From the NCBI GenBank assembly GCA_963771415.1, contig CAVYTI010000011.1, forward strand, positions 303,501 to 367,500: DNA of 64,000 bases, written 5' to 3'. The stretch comes from an uncultured Acidobacteriota bacterium. GTDB taxonomy: Bacteria > Acidobacteriota > Vicinamibacteria > Vicinamibacterales > 2-12-FULL-66-21. Each line of letters begins with the position of its first letter. Position 1 is the stretch's first letter. The notes beneath the pieces were generated by a model that ran no database searches, was not told the origin of the DNA, and saw only the letters and a program-made list of their open reading frames with translations. Shown one piece after another: positions 1 through 10,168 of this stretch. Made by a program: the position numbers and the translations under genes.

Positions 1-1363
1 AGCCGGGATGGACATCGCGCAGCGCCTGGAACGTCCGAATCATGAGACCGGACCCGACGAGGAGCACGAGCGCCAGCGCGATCTGCGCCACGACGAGCAC
101 GTTGCGCGTACGATGCCGCTCGCGGCTCGCGCTGGCCGTTCGTCCGCCACCGCGGAGCATCGTAGCGAGGTGCGCGGTCGCGTACTTGAGAATCGGGATC
201 GCGCCGAAGAGCAGTCCGGAGACCACGGACAGCACGAGCGTGAACGCGAGCACGGGCAGATCGATGGCGATGTCGTCCATCCGCGGGAGGTTGCCCGGGG
301 CCAGCGCGACCAGCAGCCGCAGGGCGCCGAACGCGAGACCGATACCCACCACGCCGCCGAGCAAGCCGAGGACAACACTCTCGAACAGCAGCTCGCGCGC
401 GAGACGCCCGGTGCCCGCGCCAAGCGCGGCGCGAATCGCCAGCTCCTGCTGCCGCCCGTCGGCCCGCACGAGAAGCAGGTTGGCCACGTTGGCGCAGGCG
501 ATCAGCAGGACCATCCCGATGGTCGCCATCAACACCCATAGCGTCTTCTCGACGTCGCCGACCAGCTCGTCCTTCAACGAGCGGATCACGGGCGTGATGC
601 GCGCCTCTTCGAAGATCTGCACGTTGCCGCCCGGGAATGGCGGAAACCGGCGCAACGAGATCGGGATCATGCGGGCCGCATCGGCGTTCGCCTGATCCAA
701 TGATGTCCCCGGCTTCAACCGCGCCATGCCGCTGTAGCTGAACTGACCCAAGAACACCTTGCTGCGATCGATGCGGAAGGGGATGAGAAGAGAGATCTTC
801 CGGTCGAGGAAGCGGAACGAGTCGGGAAGTACGCCGATGATTTGGTGGGGGCGGCTGTCGAGCATCAGCGTGCGGCCGACGGCGGATGGGTCGCCGCCGA
901 ATTTCGAGCGCCAGTAGCCGGCCGACAACATGACCGTCTCAGGACCGCCGGGCGCGTCGTCGGTCTTCGAGATCAGCCGGCCGAGCATCGGCTGCGCGCC
1001 GAGCATGGGCAGGATGGCGTCGGTGACGAACAGCGTCGGTACTTCCTCGGGCTGCGCGAGTCCCGTCACGCTCATCGTTCCGACGTTCCACATCCCGACG
1101 TCCTGGAAGACCCGGCCGTCCTCGCGATACGTGAAGTAGAGAAAGGGCGCGGCACCGGCGTGCTCGATCTTTACGCCCGGCGCAGCGTGATCAATCGTGA
1201 CCAGCTCGGCGGAGCGGGCGTAGGGCAGCGGCTTGAGCAGCACGCCTTCGATGACGCTGAAAATCGCTGCGTTGGCGCCGATGCCGATGGCGAGGGTCAG
1301 GACCGCCACGCTGGTGAACCCCGGCATCCGCGCGAGGCTCCGCAAGACTTGGTTCAGCCGCAT
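1..1363 (-). CDS. MacB/FtsX-type ABC transporter permease (ADOP-like), N-terminal ~454 codons; 3' end lies beyond the left window edge
   Basis: My own minus-strand translation from ATG (1363-1361) reads [48 protein letters not shown], and later LIACANVANLLLVRADGRQQELAIRAALGAG. The N-terminus and first FtsX TM block match the paralogs at 16026, 18733 and 33369. It is absent from the ORF track because the frame is open to the window edge. Confidence 0.85.
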   Translation of the reverse strand, partial: MRLNQVLRSLARMPGFTSVAVLTLAIGIGANAAIFSVIEGVLLKPLPYARSAELVTIDHAAPGVKIEHAGAAPFLYFTYREDGRVFQDVGMWNVGTMSVTGLAQPEEVPTLFVTDAILPMLGAQPMLGRLISKTDDAPGGPETVMLSAGYWRSKFGGDPSAVGRTLMLDSRPHQIIGVLPDSFRFLDRKISLLIPFRIDRSKVFLGQFSYSGMARLKPGTSLDQANADAARMIPISLRRFPPFPGGNVQIFEEARITPVIRSLKDELVGDVEKTLWVLMATIGMVLLIACANVANLLLVRADGRQQELAIRAALGAGTGRLARELLFESVVLGLLGGVVGIGLAFGALRLLVALAPGNLPRMDDIAIDLPVLAFTLVLSVVSGLLFGAIPILKYATAHLATMLRGGGRTASASRERHRTRNVLVVAQIALALVLLVGSGLMIRTFQALRDVHPG

Positions 1364-1426
1364 GACGATACTTACGAATACGGCGGGCCAAGGTTCAGTA
1401 TCATGCTGAGTTAAAGGAGCATTCAT

Positions 1427-1588
1427 ATGCACCGTCCAAGCGCCGAGGAGTTCCTTCTGACGCTGCTGGAAACGCTGGATGAGCTCCCGCCCGATCTGGC
1501 GGAGCGTTTTGCCGGGGTGCTGAAGAAGGCCGACGTCGACCGGTCCGCGGCAATCCGTCAGCTCTTCGAGGATGTGGCCGGTGAATGA
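1427..1588 (+). CDS. 53-aa acidic helical micro-protein, unknown function, translationally coupled to the downstream ATPase
   Basis: ATG 1427 is preceded by AAGGAG (1414-1419). It encodes MHRPSAEEFLLTLLETLDELPPDLAERFAGVLKKADVDRSAAIRQLFEDVAGE. The TGA stop (1586-1588) overlaps the ATPase start (ATG 1572 or GTG 1581). It is below the ORF-track size cut-off and I recognise no family. Confidence 0.5.
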   Translation: MHRPSAEEFLLTLLETLDELPPDLAERFAGVLKKADVDRSAAIRQLFEDVAGE

Positions 1589-3881
1589 GAAGCTCCAGCG
1601 TCTCGTGATGCACGCGTTCCGGGGCATCCCGAGCGAGATGACGGTTGATTTCGGCAACGGCGAAAGCACCGTCGTTTATGGCGACAATGGCACGGGAAAG
1701 AGCACGATTGCCGACGCGCTCGAGTGGTACTTCACAGGCGAGATCGAGCTGTTGTCGCACGAAGGACGCCAGCACGCGGTGCGCTATGTTGGCGGGGATG
1801 ACGAGGGCGTCACGTCGGTGGAGGTGCTGACCAGCGGCACGCTCGGGGGCAAGGTCGTGTTCCCCGACGAGCGCACGCCTGACATGTTCGGTGCGCTCCG
1901 GCGAGAGACGTTCCTCCTTCGTGGACGTACTCTCGCGGACTTCATCAACAAGACAAAAACGGAGAAGTGGAAGTCGCTGGTCGAGATCCTCGGCTTGGAC
2001 GCGATCGAGAGCCTGAGAGAAGACCTGCAACGAGCCCGAAACGACTTGCGCAAGACATCGAAAGCTGCGGACGAAGAAGTCCGGGTCTACCGCCGTGCCC
2101 TGGCAGCAGACGCCGACACGGTGACCGAGGCAGCCGTCCTCGCCAATCTCCAGCAAATCTGCGGGATGCTGAGGGTCAAATCACCCCAATCGCTAGACCA
2201 GGTCATCGAGCCTTCGTGGATCGCGGCAGCCGTCGGTGCCAGTGCCAGCGTTTCCGCTTCGTCTGATCGCGAGAGCCTCCTGACGGAAATCAACGCGCTC
2301 GGCACCCCGGACTTCGATAAGGACGTGTTCGCGGCGTGGAATGCGCTGGTGTCATCGGAGCGGGCGCGCCTGCTGCCGCGTGCATCGCTGGTGCGTGAAG
2401 CGAAACGACTCCTCGAGGCACAATCGATCGAAGCGGGACGCTGCCCCCTCTGCGGACAGAAGGTCGACGCGAAAGTGCTGGCGCGAAGGATCGAGAGCGC
2501 GCTCGTCGAGGTGATGGAGGCGGCCCGCGATCTGGAGCAGTGTCGCGATCCAAGTCTCGAGCAGGGGGAAGGTCTCGAGAGTGCGCTCGACGTGCGTCAG
2601 GCAATTTACGATCGCGCCAGGAGGATGGAGCTCGAGATCCCGCCTGTTCCGGCGCTGCCGGACACGAGGATACAAGACCAGGTCAATGCGCTGGCACCCG
2701 TCGACATCGACGCGATCACGAGCCATCTTGCCGACGTGCGTCGCTGGGACAAGGCGGCTGCCACGCTCGCGCGACAGCTCTCACCAGCCGAACCCGGCAC
2801 GCGCGACAGTCAGCTGGTGATGCTGGCGGCGCTGTGCCAGCAGATCAGGGCCTGGCAGCAGGCGGAGAAAAAGAATGCCCGCGCGCAACGGGCGCTGGCG
2901 CTGGCTGAGACCGTGTTCGATGCGTATCAGCAGAAGCAGAAGGAGGACCTGGGCAATCTCCTGCGACAAATCAGCGGCCGTGTGGCGAAGATCTACTCGG
3001 CACTCCATCCCGACGAGGATCTCGATGCGGTGAGCATCGAGCCGTGGACAGCCAAGGGCGTCGAGCTCGCCATCAATTTCTTCGGCTCACGGCAGCGTCC
3101 ACCGCACGGTGTGCTGAGCGAATCACACTTGAACTCGCTCGCGATCGCGCTGTTTCTGGCCATGGCGGGGAGCTTCAACGAGAAGCTCGGATTCCTGATC
3201 CTCGACGACGTGATCAACAGCTTCGACGTCGAGCATCGCGGACGGCTTGCCGAGCTGCTCGCCGACGGGTTCGGCGAATGGCAGCTGATCGTCCTGACGC
3301 ACGACCAGCAGTTTTTCGAACACTTGAGCCGCCGCGCACCCTCCTGGCGAAAGATCGAGTTCACATCGTGGAGCCACGCCTCGGGACCGCGCACGACGAA
3401 ATACGAAACAAGCGGCACGCTCGCGGCTGCCCGCGAGCGGCTGCAAAGCGGCGACGTTCAGGGCGCCGCGACCAAAGGGCGCCGCGCGCTCGAGGAGTTG
3501 CTGCAGGAGGTCTGCGAGGCCCTATGGGCTCCACTCCCGTTCCGCCGCGGCCAGGCCAACGACCGGCGCGAAATCGGTGAGCTGTTCGTCGGTCTTCGCC
3601 GTGCCCTCAAGGAGCACGCCAAGTCCCAGCTGCAGACGGTCGAGCCCATCTTCAAGCACCTGGAAGCGGACGTCGGCGCGACGTTGAACGTCGCCGCCCA
3701 TGCCAGCCGCGGGCGCTCAGGAGCGGCCGAGGTCACGGCGGCGCTCGAACGCATAGAGACGCTCGACGCGCTCTGGTCGTGCCCCTCATGCCGAACGCGC
3801 GTCTGGCACAAGGGCACACCTGGCGCCGCGCGCTGCCGCTGCGGCCAGTCCGCATTTCCGCCGGTGGTCGTCGCAGGTTAA
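1572..3881 (+). CDS. Rad50/SbcC/RloC-like ABC ATPase with coiled-coil CxxC zinc hook and C-terminal Zn-ribbon
   Basis: 769-aa ORF. Walker A is GDNGTGKST (aa 37-45). A long helical insertion carries CPLCGQ at aa 291-296, the same hook motif as SbcC. The signature-like motif is LSESHLNSL (515-523), Walker B is FLILDDV (541-547) and the H-loop is LTHD (575-578). The C-terminal ~190 aa carry R677-x3-E681...H710 and a CPSC...CRC Zn ribbon (737-757). The true start may be GTG 1581. Confidence 0.85.
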   Translation: MWPVNEKLQRLVMHAFRGIPSEMTVDFGNGESTVVYGDNGTGKSTIADALEWYFTGEIELLSHEGRQHAVRYVGGDDEGVTSVEVLTSGTLGGKVVFPDERTPDMFGALRRETFLLRGRTLADFINKTKTEKWKSLVEILGLDAIESLREDLQRARNDLRKTSKAADEEVRVYRRALAADADTVTEAAVLANLQQICGMLRVKSPQSLDQVIEPSWIAAAVGASASVSASSDRESLLTEINALGTPDFDKDVFAAWNALVSSERARLLPRASLVREAKRLLEAQSIEAGRCPLCGQKVDAKVLARRIESALVEVMEAARDLEQCRDPSLEQGEGLESALDVRQAIYDRARRMELEIPPVPALPDTRIQDQVNALAPVDIDAITSHLADVRRWDKAAATLARQLSPAEPGTRDSQLVMLAALCQQIRAWQQAEKKNARAQRALALAETVFDAYQQKQKEDLGNLLRQISGRVAKIYSALHPDEDLDAVSIEPWTAKGVELAINFFGSRQRPPHGVLSESHLNSLAIALFLAMAGSFNEKLGFLILDDVINSFDVEHRGRLAELLADGFGEWQLIVLTHDQQFFEHLSRRAPSWRKIEFTSWSHASGPRTTKYETSGTLAAARERLQSGDVQGAATKGRRALEELLQEVCEALWAPLPFRRGQANDRREIGELFVGLRRALKEHAKSQLQTVEPIFKHLEADVGATLNVAAHASRGRSGAAEVTAALERIETLDALWSCPSCRTRVWHKGTPGAARCRCGQSAFPPVVVAG

Positions 3882-3893
3882 CCTGCTTAGCCT

Positions 3894-6182
3894 GTGCCAT
3901 TGATCGGCAGTCGACTTGGTCATTATCGGGTGCTCCACGAGCTGGGAAGCGGCGGCATGGGAGAGGTGTACGTCGCCGAGGATACGAGACTCAATCGGCG
4001 CGTCGCACTCAAGTTTCCCCGTCCGGACGTCGCCGGAACGCGCGCCAGTCGAGCACGGTTCCTGCGCGAGGCCAGAGCGGCGGCGGCCCTGAATCACCCC
4101 AACATCGTTCACCTCTACTCGGTGGAGGAAGCCGGCGATCTTGTGTTCATCACGATGGAACTCGTTGAGGGCCGCAGTTTGCGTCAGCTCCTGACTGACG
4201 GTGCCGGGCTTCCACTCGCGAAGACGATCTCCTTCGCCGCTCAGATGGCTGACGGGCTGGCGTGTGCTCACGCCGCCGGAATCGTGCACCGGGACTTGAA
4301 GCCGGGCAACGTGATGATTACCGACAACGAGCGCGTCAAGATTCTCGACTTCGGTGTGGCGAAGTTCCTCGAGCCGATCTCGGCCCGGGGGGAGCGCCCA
4401 ACGACGACAGAAGAAGAGAGCAGCGGCGGAAGTGCTGTCGGAACAGCAGGCTACATGTCGCCCGAACAAGCCCTCGGGAGGGCCCTGGATGCGCGGACGG
4501 ATCTGTTTGCCCTGGGAGTCGTGCTGTTCGAAATGGCGACCGGGACAGCCCCGTTTCAAGGCGATACGGCTGCGGCCGTCTTCGATCATCTCCTGAACCG
4601 GCCGCAACCTCCGCTGCTCACCTTGAAGCCCACACTGCCGCAATCGCTCGAGGTCATCATCGACAAGGCCCTCGAGAAAGACCCGGATCGACGCTATCGC
4701 GCGGCGGGCGAGTTCCTGCGGGATCTGCGAGCCGTGGAGGAGTCGATTGCTCCGTCCGTGAACCCTCCGGCGACGTCCACCGAGCGTGGCCTTTCGTCCT
4801 CGATCGCCGTCCTGCCGTTCGTCGATATGAGTCCGGGCAAGGACCAGGAATACTTTTGCCACGGGATTGCGGAGGAAATCATCAACGCGTTGACTCGCGT
4901 TCCCGGAATGCAGGTGATCTCGCGGACGTCGGCTTTCGCCTTTCAGGCTAAACATCTCGAGGTCACCGAGATCGGCAGGAGGTTACGAGTAAGAACGGTT
5001 CTCGAAGGCAGCGTACGCAAGGCAGGCGATCGCGTGCGGATCACCGCGCAGCTCGTGAACGCCGACGACGGCTACCAGATATGGTCGAAGCGTTTCGACC
5101 GTCAGCTCTCGGACGTCTTCGCCATTCAGGACGACATCGCCGCAGGCATCCTGGACGAGTTCCGGATCCGCCGTGACACTCCGCCGACGAGCCCGTCGCT
5201 CAACGTTCCCGCGCACGACGCGTATCTCAAAGGGATGTATGCCCTGAACAAGTGGACCGACGCGACGGTGCGGCAGGCTATCGTCGACTTCCATGAAGCT
5301 ATTGCCGCGGACGCCGACTTCGCGCCTGCCTATGCCGCCCTGGCTGAGGCTCACATCTGGTTCTACTCGAGTCTGGGCGTTCTGCCGGCGCGCGAGACGG
5401 TGCCGCACGCACGATGGGCGGTCGAAAGGGCGCTGGCGCTCGACCCGAACCTCGCGCATGCGCACAAGGTGCACGGCTTGATCGCCATGAACCATGACTG
5501 GGATCGCAGCCGCACGGAGCAGGCGCTCACGCGAGCGCTCCAGCTCGGTCCAGGTTCAGCCTCCGCGCATCTCTGGAACGCCTGGCGGCTCGCGCTGCTC
5601 GAGACGCGTCACGATTTGGCCCTGGTCGAGCTGGAAGAGGCCGAACGGCTCGATCCTCTCGATCTTCAAGTCAAGACGCAGATTGGCTACGTCCACCGTT
5701 TCCGTCACGATCTCGATCGCGCGATTGCGCAGTTCGAGAGGGTGATCGAACTCGAACCGTCCTTTGCATTTGGGCACTATGCGCTGGGGGACGCCTGCAC
5801 ACAACGCGGTCAATACACCCGTGCCATCGAGGCATTCAACAGAGCGATCGAGCTGAGCGGCAGATCCGTCAATCACGTCGGCGTACTCGGCTACGCCTAC
5901 GGCCGTTCGGGGAATCGCGACCGCGCCAACGAGCATCTCCAGGAATTGTCAGCGCGCGCCGCGGACGGCTACGTCTCCCCGGTATGGTTTGCACTGGTCC
6001 ACCTTGGCCTGTCCGATCTCGACAGCGTCTTCCACTGGCTGAATCGCGCCTTCGAGGAGCGCGACGGTTCGCTGATTCTGATTACCGCCGCCGTTGAATT
6101 CGATCCCGTGCGCGAGGATTCACGATTCAAGACCCTCCTCGACAGAATGGGGCTTGGCCCTCCGGCGTCGTCTTCAGTGTGA
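3894..6182 (+). CDS. Ser/Thr protein kinase with central TolB-like/cyclase-type sensor region and C-terminal TPR repeats
   Basis: GTG start 12 nt after the ATPase stop. Kinase motifs are [21 protein letters not shown] and DFG. The middle region reads [30 protein letters not shown]. The C-terminal third is TPR-like repeats ([31 protein letters not shown] and others). Confidence 0.9.
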   Translation: MPLIGSRLGHYRVLHELGSGGMGEVYVAEDTRLNRRVALKFPRPDVAGTRASRARFLREARAAAALNHPNIVHLYSVEEAGDLVFITMELVEGRSLRQLLTDGAGLPLAKTISFAAQMADGLACAHAAGIVHRDLKPGNVMITDNERVKILDFGVAKFLEPISARGERPTTTEEESSGGSAVGTAGYMSPEQALGRALDARTDLFALGVVLFEMATGTAPFQGDTAAAVFDHLLNRPQPPLLTLKPTLPQSLEVIIDKALEKDPDRRYRAAGEFLRDLRAVEESIAPSVNPPATSTERGLSSSIAVLPFVDMSPGKDQEYFCHGIAEEIINALTRVPGMQVISRTSAFAFQAKHLEVTEIGRRLRVRTVLEGSVRKAGDRVRITAQLVNADDGYQIWSKRFDRQLSDVFAIQDDIAAGILDEFRIRRDTPPTSPSLNVPAHDAYLKGMYALNKWTDATVRQAIVDFHEAIAADADFAPAYAALAEAHIWFYSSLGVLPARETVPHARWAVERALALDPNLAHAHKVHGLIAMNHDWDRSRTEQALTRALQLGPGSASAHLWNAWRLALLETRHDLALVELEEAERLDPLDLQVKTQIGYVHRFRHDLDRAIAQFERVIELEPSFAFGHYALGDACTQRGQYTRAIEAFNRAIELSGRSVNHVGVLGYAYGRSGNRDRANEHLQELSARAADGYVSPVWFALVHLGLSDLDSVFHWLNRAFEERDGSLILITAAVEFDPVREDSRFKTLLDRMGLGPPASSSV

Positions 6183-6206
6183 GCGATCATCGGCTCGCGG
6201 TCGCCT

Positions 6207-8432
6207 TTAACGTCCCGCCCACGCCGCAAGAACCTGCACCGGATCCTCGCCGGATTCCAACGTCCGCACGGTCGCGTTCGGAACGCTGCGATACAACTCC
6301 CTCGCGGCTTCGTCGGCCGGCTCGCCGCGCGAGGTGACGGGATTGAGCAACAGCACCGGATGCGGACCCGCCGCGCGCGCCACGTCCGGCAAATCGAATT
6401 CCCGCAGAATGCCGTAGGCGTAGATGCCGAATGGCTGCGTGTAGCGCTCGGCGACGGCAAGTGACCGGTAGTCCGTGACCGTCTGGCGCAACGCGACGCC
6501 GCCGATGTGCGTGTCGAGGGCGGCGGCGTACAGCGCGATCACTCCGTGGGCGCCGTCGCCAACGAGCGACACGGTTGGTCCGACGTCCGGACGAGACAGA
6601 AGGTACTCCAACGCGCGCATCGTGTCGTAGACCTGACCGCCGAGGAGCGGCGTGCCCAGTATCAGGGTGAACCACGTCAGGTAGGCCTCGTCGGTGATCC
6701 GATCATCCGAGAAATAGAAGCGTCCGCGCGGCGGATACGCAATCGCGCAGTCGCCGCGCCCGCGGACGTCGATGACGGCCACACGGCATCCGCCCTTGGC
6801 GCACAGCCGTTCGGCAAACGCGTCCTCGGCGATCGCGCTCCACGCCGCGGCTTCGCCGACATACAACACCGTCCGGGTGGACGGCCCGGCGTTGTCAGGC
6901 GTCAGCAGCCAGCCCGGCGTACGAATCTCCCGATCGCTCGTGAGCTCGAACTGTTCCGCCCGATATCCCGGCTTCGCGATCCTCGCGAGCACGCGCGCCG
7001 CGAGCGGTGCGCCGTGACCCTCCGCGATGCCGAGCACGCGACGAACGCGAGCGCGCACCTCGTCCGCCGGGAGCGACGAAGGCGTCTGGACCGTTTCGGC
7101 GAGCTGTCGCGTCAGCGAGAGCGCCGTTTCGCCGCCAAATGATGTCGTGACGAAACCGGTCGGTGTTACGAACAGCGTCGCGTCCGGCTCCACGGCCTGC
7201 GACGTCTCGCTGTCGTCCGCGTCGTTCATCTCCAACCAGCGGTTGAACCATCCGTAGGTAGCCCGGCGCATCTCGTAGACGTATCCGTGCGACACGGTCG
7301 TGGCTTGCAGCGACACACGGTCGCCGGCGCCAAGGAGTCCGTAGGCGCGCTTGTATTCGTCGATGAGATCTATCGAACCAGTGACGTATTCCGGAGAATA
7401 GGTGTGCCCCGCGTCGTGGAGCGTGATCGTGACGAGTAGCGGCTTCGGCGCGAAAGCATACAGAAGATCCGCCCGATCGATCCCGCGCGCCAGGCCGGGC
7501 ACGATGTTCTGCTCCGCATCGTCCGCCGATCCCGGCGGCTCGACGTCCGCCTGCGCGAGGTTCTCGGTGTTGCCCTGGGAGACGACAGCGACCCGGATGC
7601 GGCTGTCGAGCGCCGCGAGAAACTGCGTCATGGTCGCGCCGCCGGACTGGCCGCAACAGCCGATCCGCTCGGGATCGACCTCCGCGCGCGTCAGCAGGTA
7701 GTCGATCCCGCGGATGCCGTCCCACGCGCGGAAGAGACCGAAGTTCGCGCCGAGCAGGATCAGACGACGTCCGGCGAACTCATGTTCGCCGGTTCCGCCG
7801 CCGGCGATGGCAGACTGGCCGGGCCGGCTTCCCGGGTACTCGATGCGTTCACCCTGCCCGAACGGGTCGTACGCGAGGACGACGTAGCCCTTGCGCGCCA
7901 GATTTGTAAAGAGCTTCTGGTAGCTGGGCCACGCTTTGCCGTTCACCGAATGCCCCAGGGGCCCCAGAATCGCGGGGCGGCGTCCCGTTCGCGCGGGCAC
8001 GTAGAGATTCGCCGTCACATAGAGACGCGGCCGGCTCTCGAACGTCAGCTTCTCGATTCGATAGCCGGGCCGCTCGAGGATGCCCGTCACCCGCGCGTTC
8101 AGAGGAGTCCGCTCGAGCGGGCCTCCAAGCATCTTCCAGAGCTCCTCGACGATCGAGCGCTGGCGGTCGAGGACCTGCTGCCGGGTGGAGATCGCGCTGA
8201 CGATTCGCTGGCGGCGTGCGCGCGCATCGTTCGCGAGACGGACGAGGTACCGCTCGAGATCGCGGGAATAGTCGGGCAGACCGTCGGCGTCGACGGTGAG
8301 CTCCACACCCGGCGCACCCGAGGCATGGGATCCGGCCGGCGACTGCGCGAGAAGATCGACCGAGGGACCGAGACCCGCCGCTGCGGCAATGGCTCCTGCG
8401 GCTTCGAGGAATGCGCGGCGCGTATACGGCAT
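6207..8432 (-). CDS. Secreted alpha/beta hydrolase (acetyl-esterase/peptidase S9-S15-like), Tat signal
   Basis: 741-aa ORF. The N-terminus MPYTRRAFLEAAGAIAAAAG has a twin-arginine motif. The nucleophile elbow is GQSGG. The arrangement is dienelactone-hydrolase/AXE1-like. Confidence 0.8.
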   Translation of the reverse strand: MPYTRRAFLEAAGAIAAAAGLGPSVDLLAQSPAGSHASGAPGVELTVDADGLPDYSRDLERYLVRLANDARARRQRIVSAISTRQQVLDRQRSIVEELWKMLGGPLERTPLNARVTGILERPGYRIEKLTFESRPRLYVTANLYVPARTGRRPAILGPLGHSVNGKAWPSYQKLFTNLARKGYVVLAYDPFGQGERIEYPGSRPGQSAIAGGGTGEHEFAGRRLILLGANFGLFRAWDGIRGIDYLLTRAEVDPERIGCCGQSGGATMTQFLAALDSRIRVAVVSQGNTENLAQADVEPPGSADDAEQNIVPGLARGIDRADLLYAFAPKPLLVTITLHDAGHTYSPEYVTGSIDLIDEYKRAYGLLGAGDRVSLQATTVSHGYVYEMRRATYGWFNRWLEMNDADDSETSQAVEPDATLFVTPTGFVTTSFGGETALSLTRQLAETVQTPSSLPADEVRARVRRVLGIAEGHGAPLAARVLARIAKPGYRAEQFELTSDREIRTPGWLLTPDNAGPSTRTVLYVGEAAAWSAIAEDAFAERLCAKGGCRVAVIDVRGRGDCAIAYPPRGRFYFSDDRITDEAYLTWFTLILGTPLLGGQVYDTMRALEYLLSRPDVGPTVSLVGDGAHGVIALYAAALDTHIGGVALRQTVTDYRSLAVAERYTQPFGIYAYGILREFDLPDVARAAGPHPVLLLNPVTSRGEPADEAARELYRSVPNATVRTLESGEDPVQVLAAWAGR

Positions 8433-8526
8433 CGAATCTCTCCCGGCGCATCTTAGTTCACCAGGCAGGAGGGTGCCCGGTCACGTGTGCCGCGAAGGGT
8501 AACATCAGAGGCGAGCGACAAAGGCC

Positions 8527-9393
8527 ATGGCCGTCATCATCCCTCAGCGTCTCGCCCAGACCTGCGCCCGATCGCCCGAGCGGCTGGCGTGGCTGGCAGG
8601 TCTGCCCGCGCTTGTGGACGACCTGGAACGGCGCTGGTCGCTTCACGTGGGCATGCCGTTCGATAGCGACCAAGTCAGTTGCGCGTGGGTCGCTCCTGTC
8701 ATGCGCGGCGACGGTACGGTCGCGATCCTGAAAATCGGCATGCCGCACTTCGAAGGCGCGCACGAAATCGACGGCTTGCGCTTCTGGAATGGCGATTCAG
8801 CCGTGCGCCTGCTCGAGGCCGCTGCGGATCGCGGTGCCATGCTGCTCGAACGGTGCCTCCCCGGAACGCCGCTGCGCGCGTTGCCGGAGGACGAGCAGGA
8901 TCCGATCGTCGCCGGAATCCTTCGTCGATTGTGGCGACGGCCTGCCGCCCCGCATCCGTTCCGTCGGCTATCGGCTCTCATCGAGAGCTGGGCTCACGAG
9001 GCAGGCGTGCACGTCGATGAGTGGCCCGATGCGCGCCTGGTTCGTGACGGCATGCGCCTGCTCACCGAGCTGTCCGCGCCTTCGTCTCGTGACGTACTGC
9101 TCGGCACCGACGTGCACGCGGGAAACGTGCTGCGCGCCGAACGCGAACCCTGGCTCCTCATCGATCCGAAGCCGTTCGTCGGCGATCCCGCGTATGACGC
9201 GACTCAGCACCTGTTGAACTGCACGAGCCGGCTGACATCCGACCCAGGCGGGTTGGTCCAGCGCTTCGCGGACCTTCTCGAAGTGGATTCCGACCGCGTC
9301 CGGCTGTGGACGTTCGCGCGGGCCGCGGCTGAGCCGCGCGACGAGTGGAGAGATCCCGCGCTGTCGGAGCTCGCACGACGACTTGCCCCGTGA
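8527..9393 (+). CDS. Aminoglycoside/streptomycin 6-phosphotransferase family kinase (APH(6)-like)
   Basis: 288 aa. The end-to-end pattern is typical of the APH(6)/hydroxyurea-resistance kinase family: LERRWSL, GMPHFEGAHEIDGLRFWNG, LLERCLPGTPL, VLLGTDVHAGNVL, LIDPKPFVGDPAYD. Confidence 0.8.
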   Translation: MAVIIPQRLAQTCARSPERLAWLAGLPALVDDLERRWSLHVGMPFDSDQVSCAWVAPVMRGDGTVAILKIGMPHFEGAHEIDGLRFWNGDSAVRLLEAAADRGAMLLERCLPGTPLRALPEDEQDPIVAGILRRLWRRPAAPHPFRRLSALIESWAHEAGVHVDEWPDARLVRDGMRLLTELSAPSSRDVLLGTDVHAGNVLRAEREPWLLIDPKPFVGDPAYDATQHLLNCTSRLTSDPGGLVQRFADLLEVDSDRVRLWTFARAAAEPRDEWRDPALSELARRLAP

Positions 9394-9455
9394 CTGGAGC
9401 CGCGCCGAGTCCCATCATTCTTTGAACCCTCGGCACGACATGCCTCGGGGCTGGG

Positions 9456-10058
9456 CTAGTGGCCCGGCACCCGCACTTCGCGCGGATTCTGACTCTGCCT
9501 GCCGTGACGAATGACGACCCTCGCATTCTGTCCGATCGGAAGCCTGCGGAGGACGGGCTCGACGCGAGCGAACATGTCATCGGCGTGTGCGCCAAAAAAG
9601 AAGAGCCCGGTTTCTTCGTTCCCTTGCCAGACGCCGTGGTAACTATCGGGCCCTGCAGCCGCTCCTATCTCGCTGACCACAGCATCGAAATCGAGGTTCG
9701 CATACACCTCATCGGGCAGGCTGATTCCATCGAGATAGATCGCCAGACACTCGTGCGTGCCAAACTCCCGCAGCACTCGAGCGTCTTTCGCATCAATCAA
9801 CTCAGAACCCTGGGGCGCCCCCGACTTCTCGAGCGCCTCGGTAACGATTCGCAACGCCCCGTCGAGATTGGCCAGTTCTATCTCGATATCGGCGTGATCG
9901 ATGCCCCCGAGCTCGCTCAGCTGCGACCCGCCACCGGTGACCTGTCCTGCGCTGGTTTCATCGAGGGTGGCCTGGAGCGGATTTTCGTATCTATTGCCGC
10001 GGTCGATCGGCTCGATGTGTTCGTACAGGCGTGCGATCACAACGTGTGGAAACTGCAT
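9456..10058 (-). CDS. Hypothetical protein (acidic, cytoplasmic)
   Basis: 200-aa ORF with protein-like composition, unlike the opposite-strand 204-aa ORF. No family recognised. Confidence 0.55.
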   Translation of the reverse strand: MQFPHVVIARLYEHIEPIDRGNRYENPLQATLDETSAGQVTGGGSQLSELGGIDHADIEIELANLDGALRIVTEALEKSGAPQGSELIDAKDARVLREFGTHECLAIYLDGISLPDEVYANLDFDAVVSEIGAAAGPDSYHGVWQGNEETGLFFFGAHADDMFARVEPVLRRLPIGQNARVVIRHGRQSQNPREVRVPGH

Positions 10059-10168
10059 ACCATCCCTTTCTGATGGTCAGCGGCTCGAGTGCACCTGACC
10101 AGTCGTCCGGTCCCTCGGCACGTCGGTCGGCGTCGCTGGCGGCCCTATAGTAGTCCGCGGAACGGGAG

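Noticed and set aside
3786-4955. 389-aa minus-strand ORF antisense to the Ser/Thr kinase gene
   Set aside because: The composition is Arg/Gly/Pro-rich and low in complexity, with no motifs. It fully overlaps a gene with unambiguous kinase motifs, so it is a typical GC-rich shadow frame.
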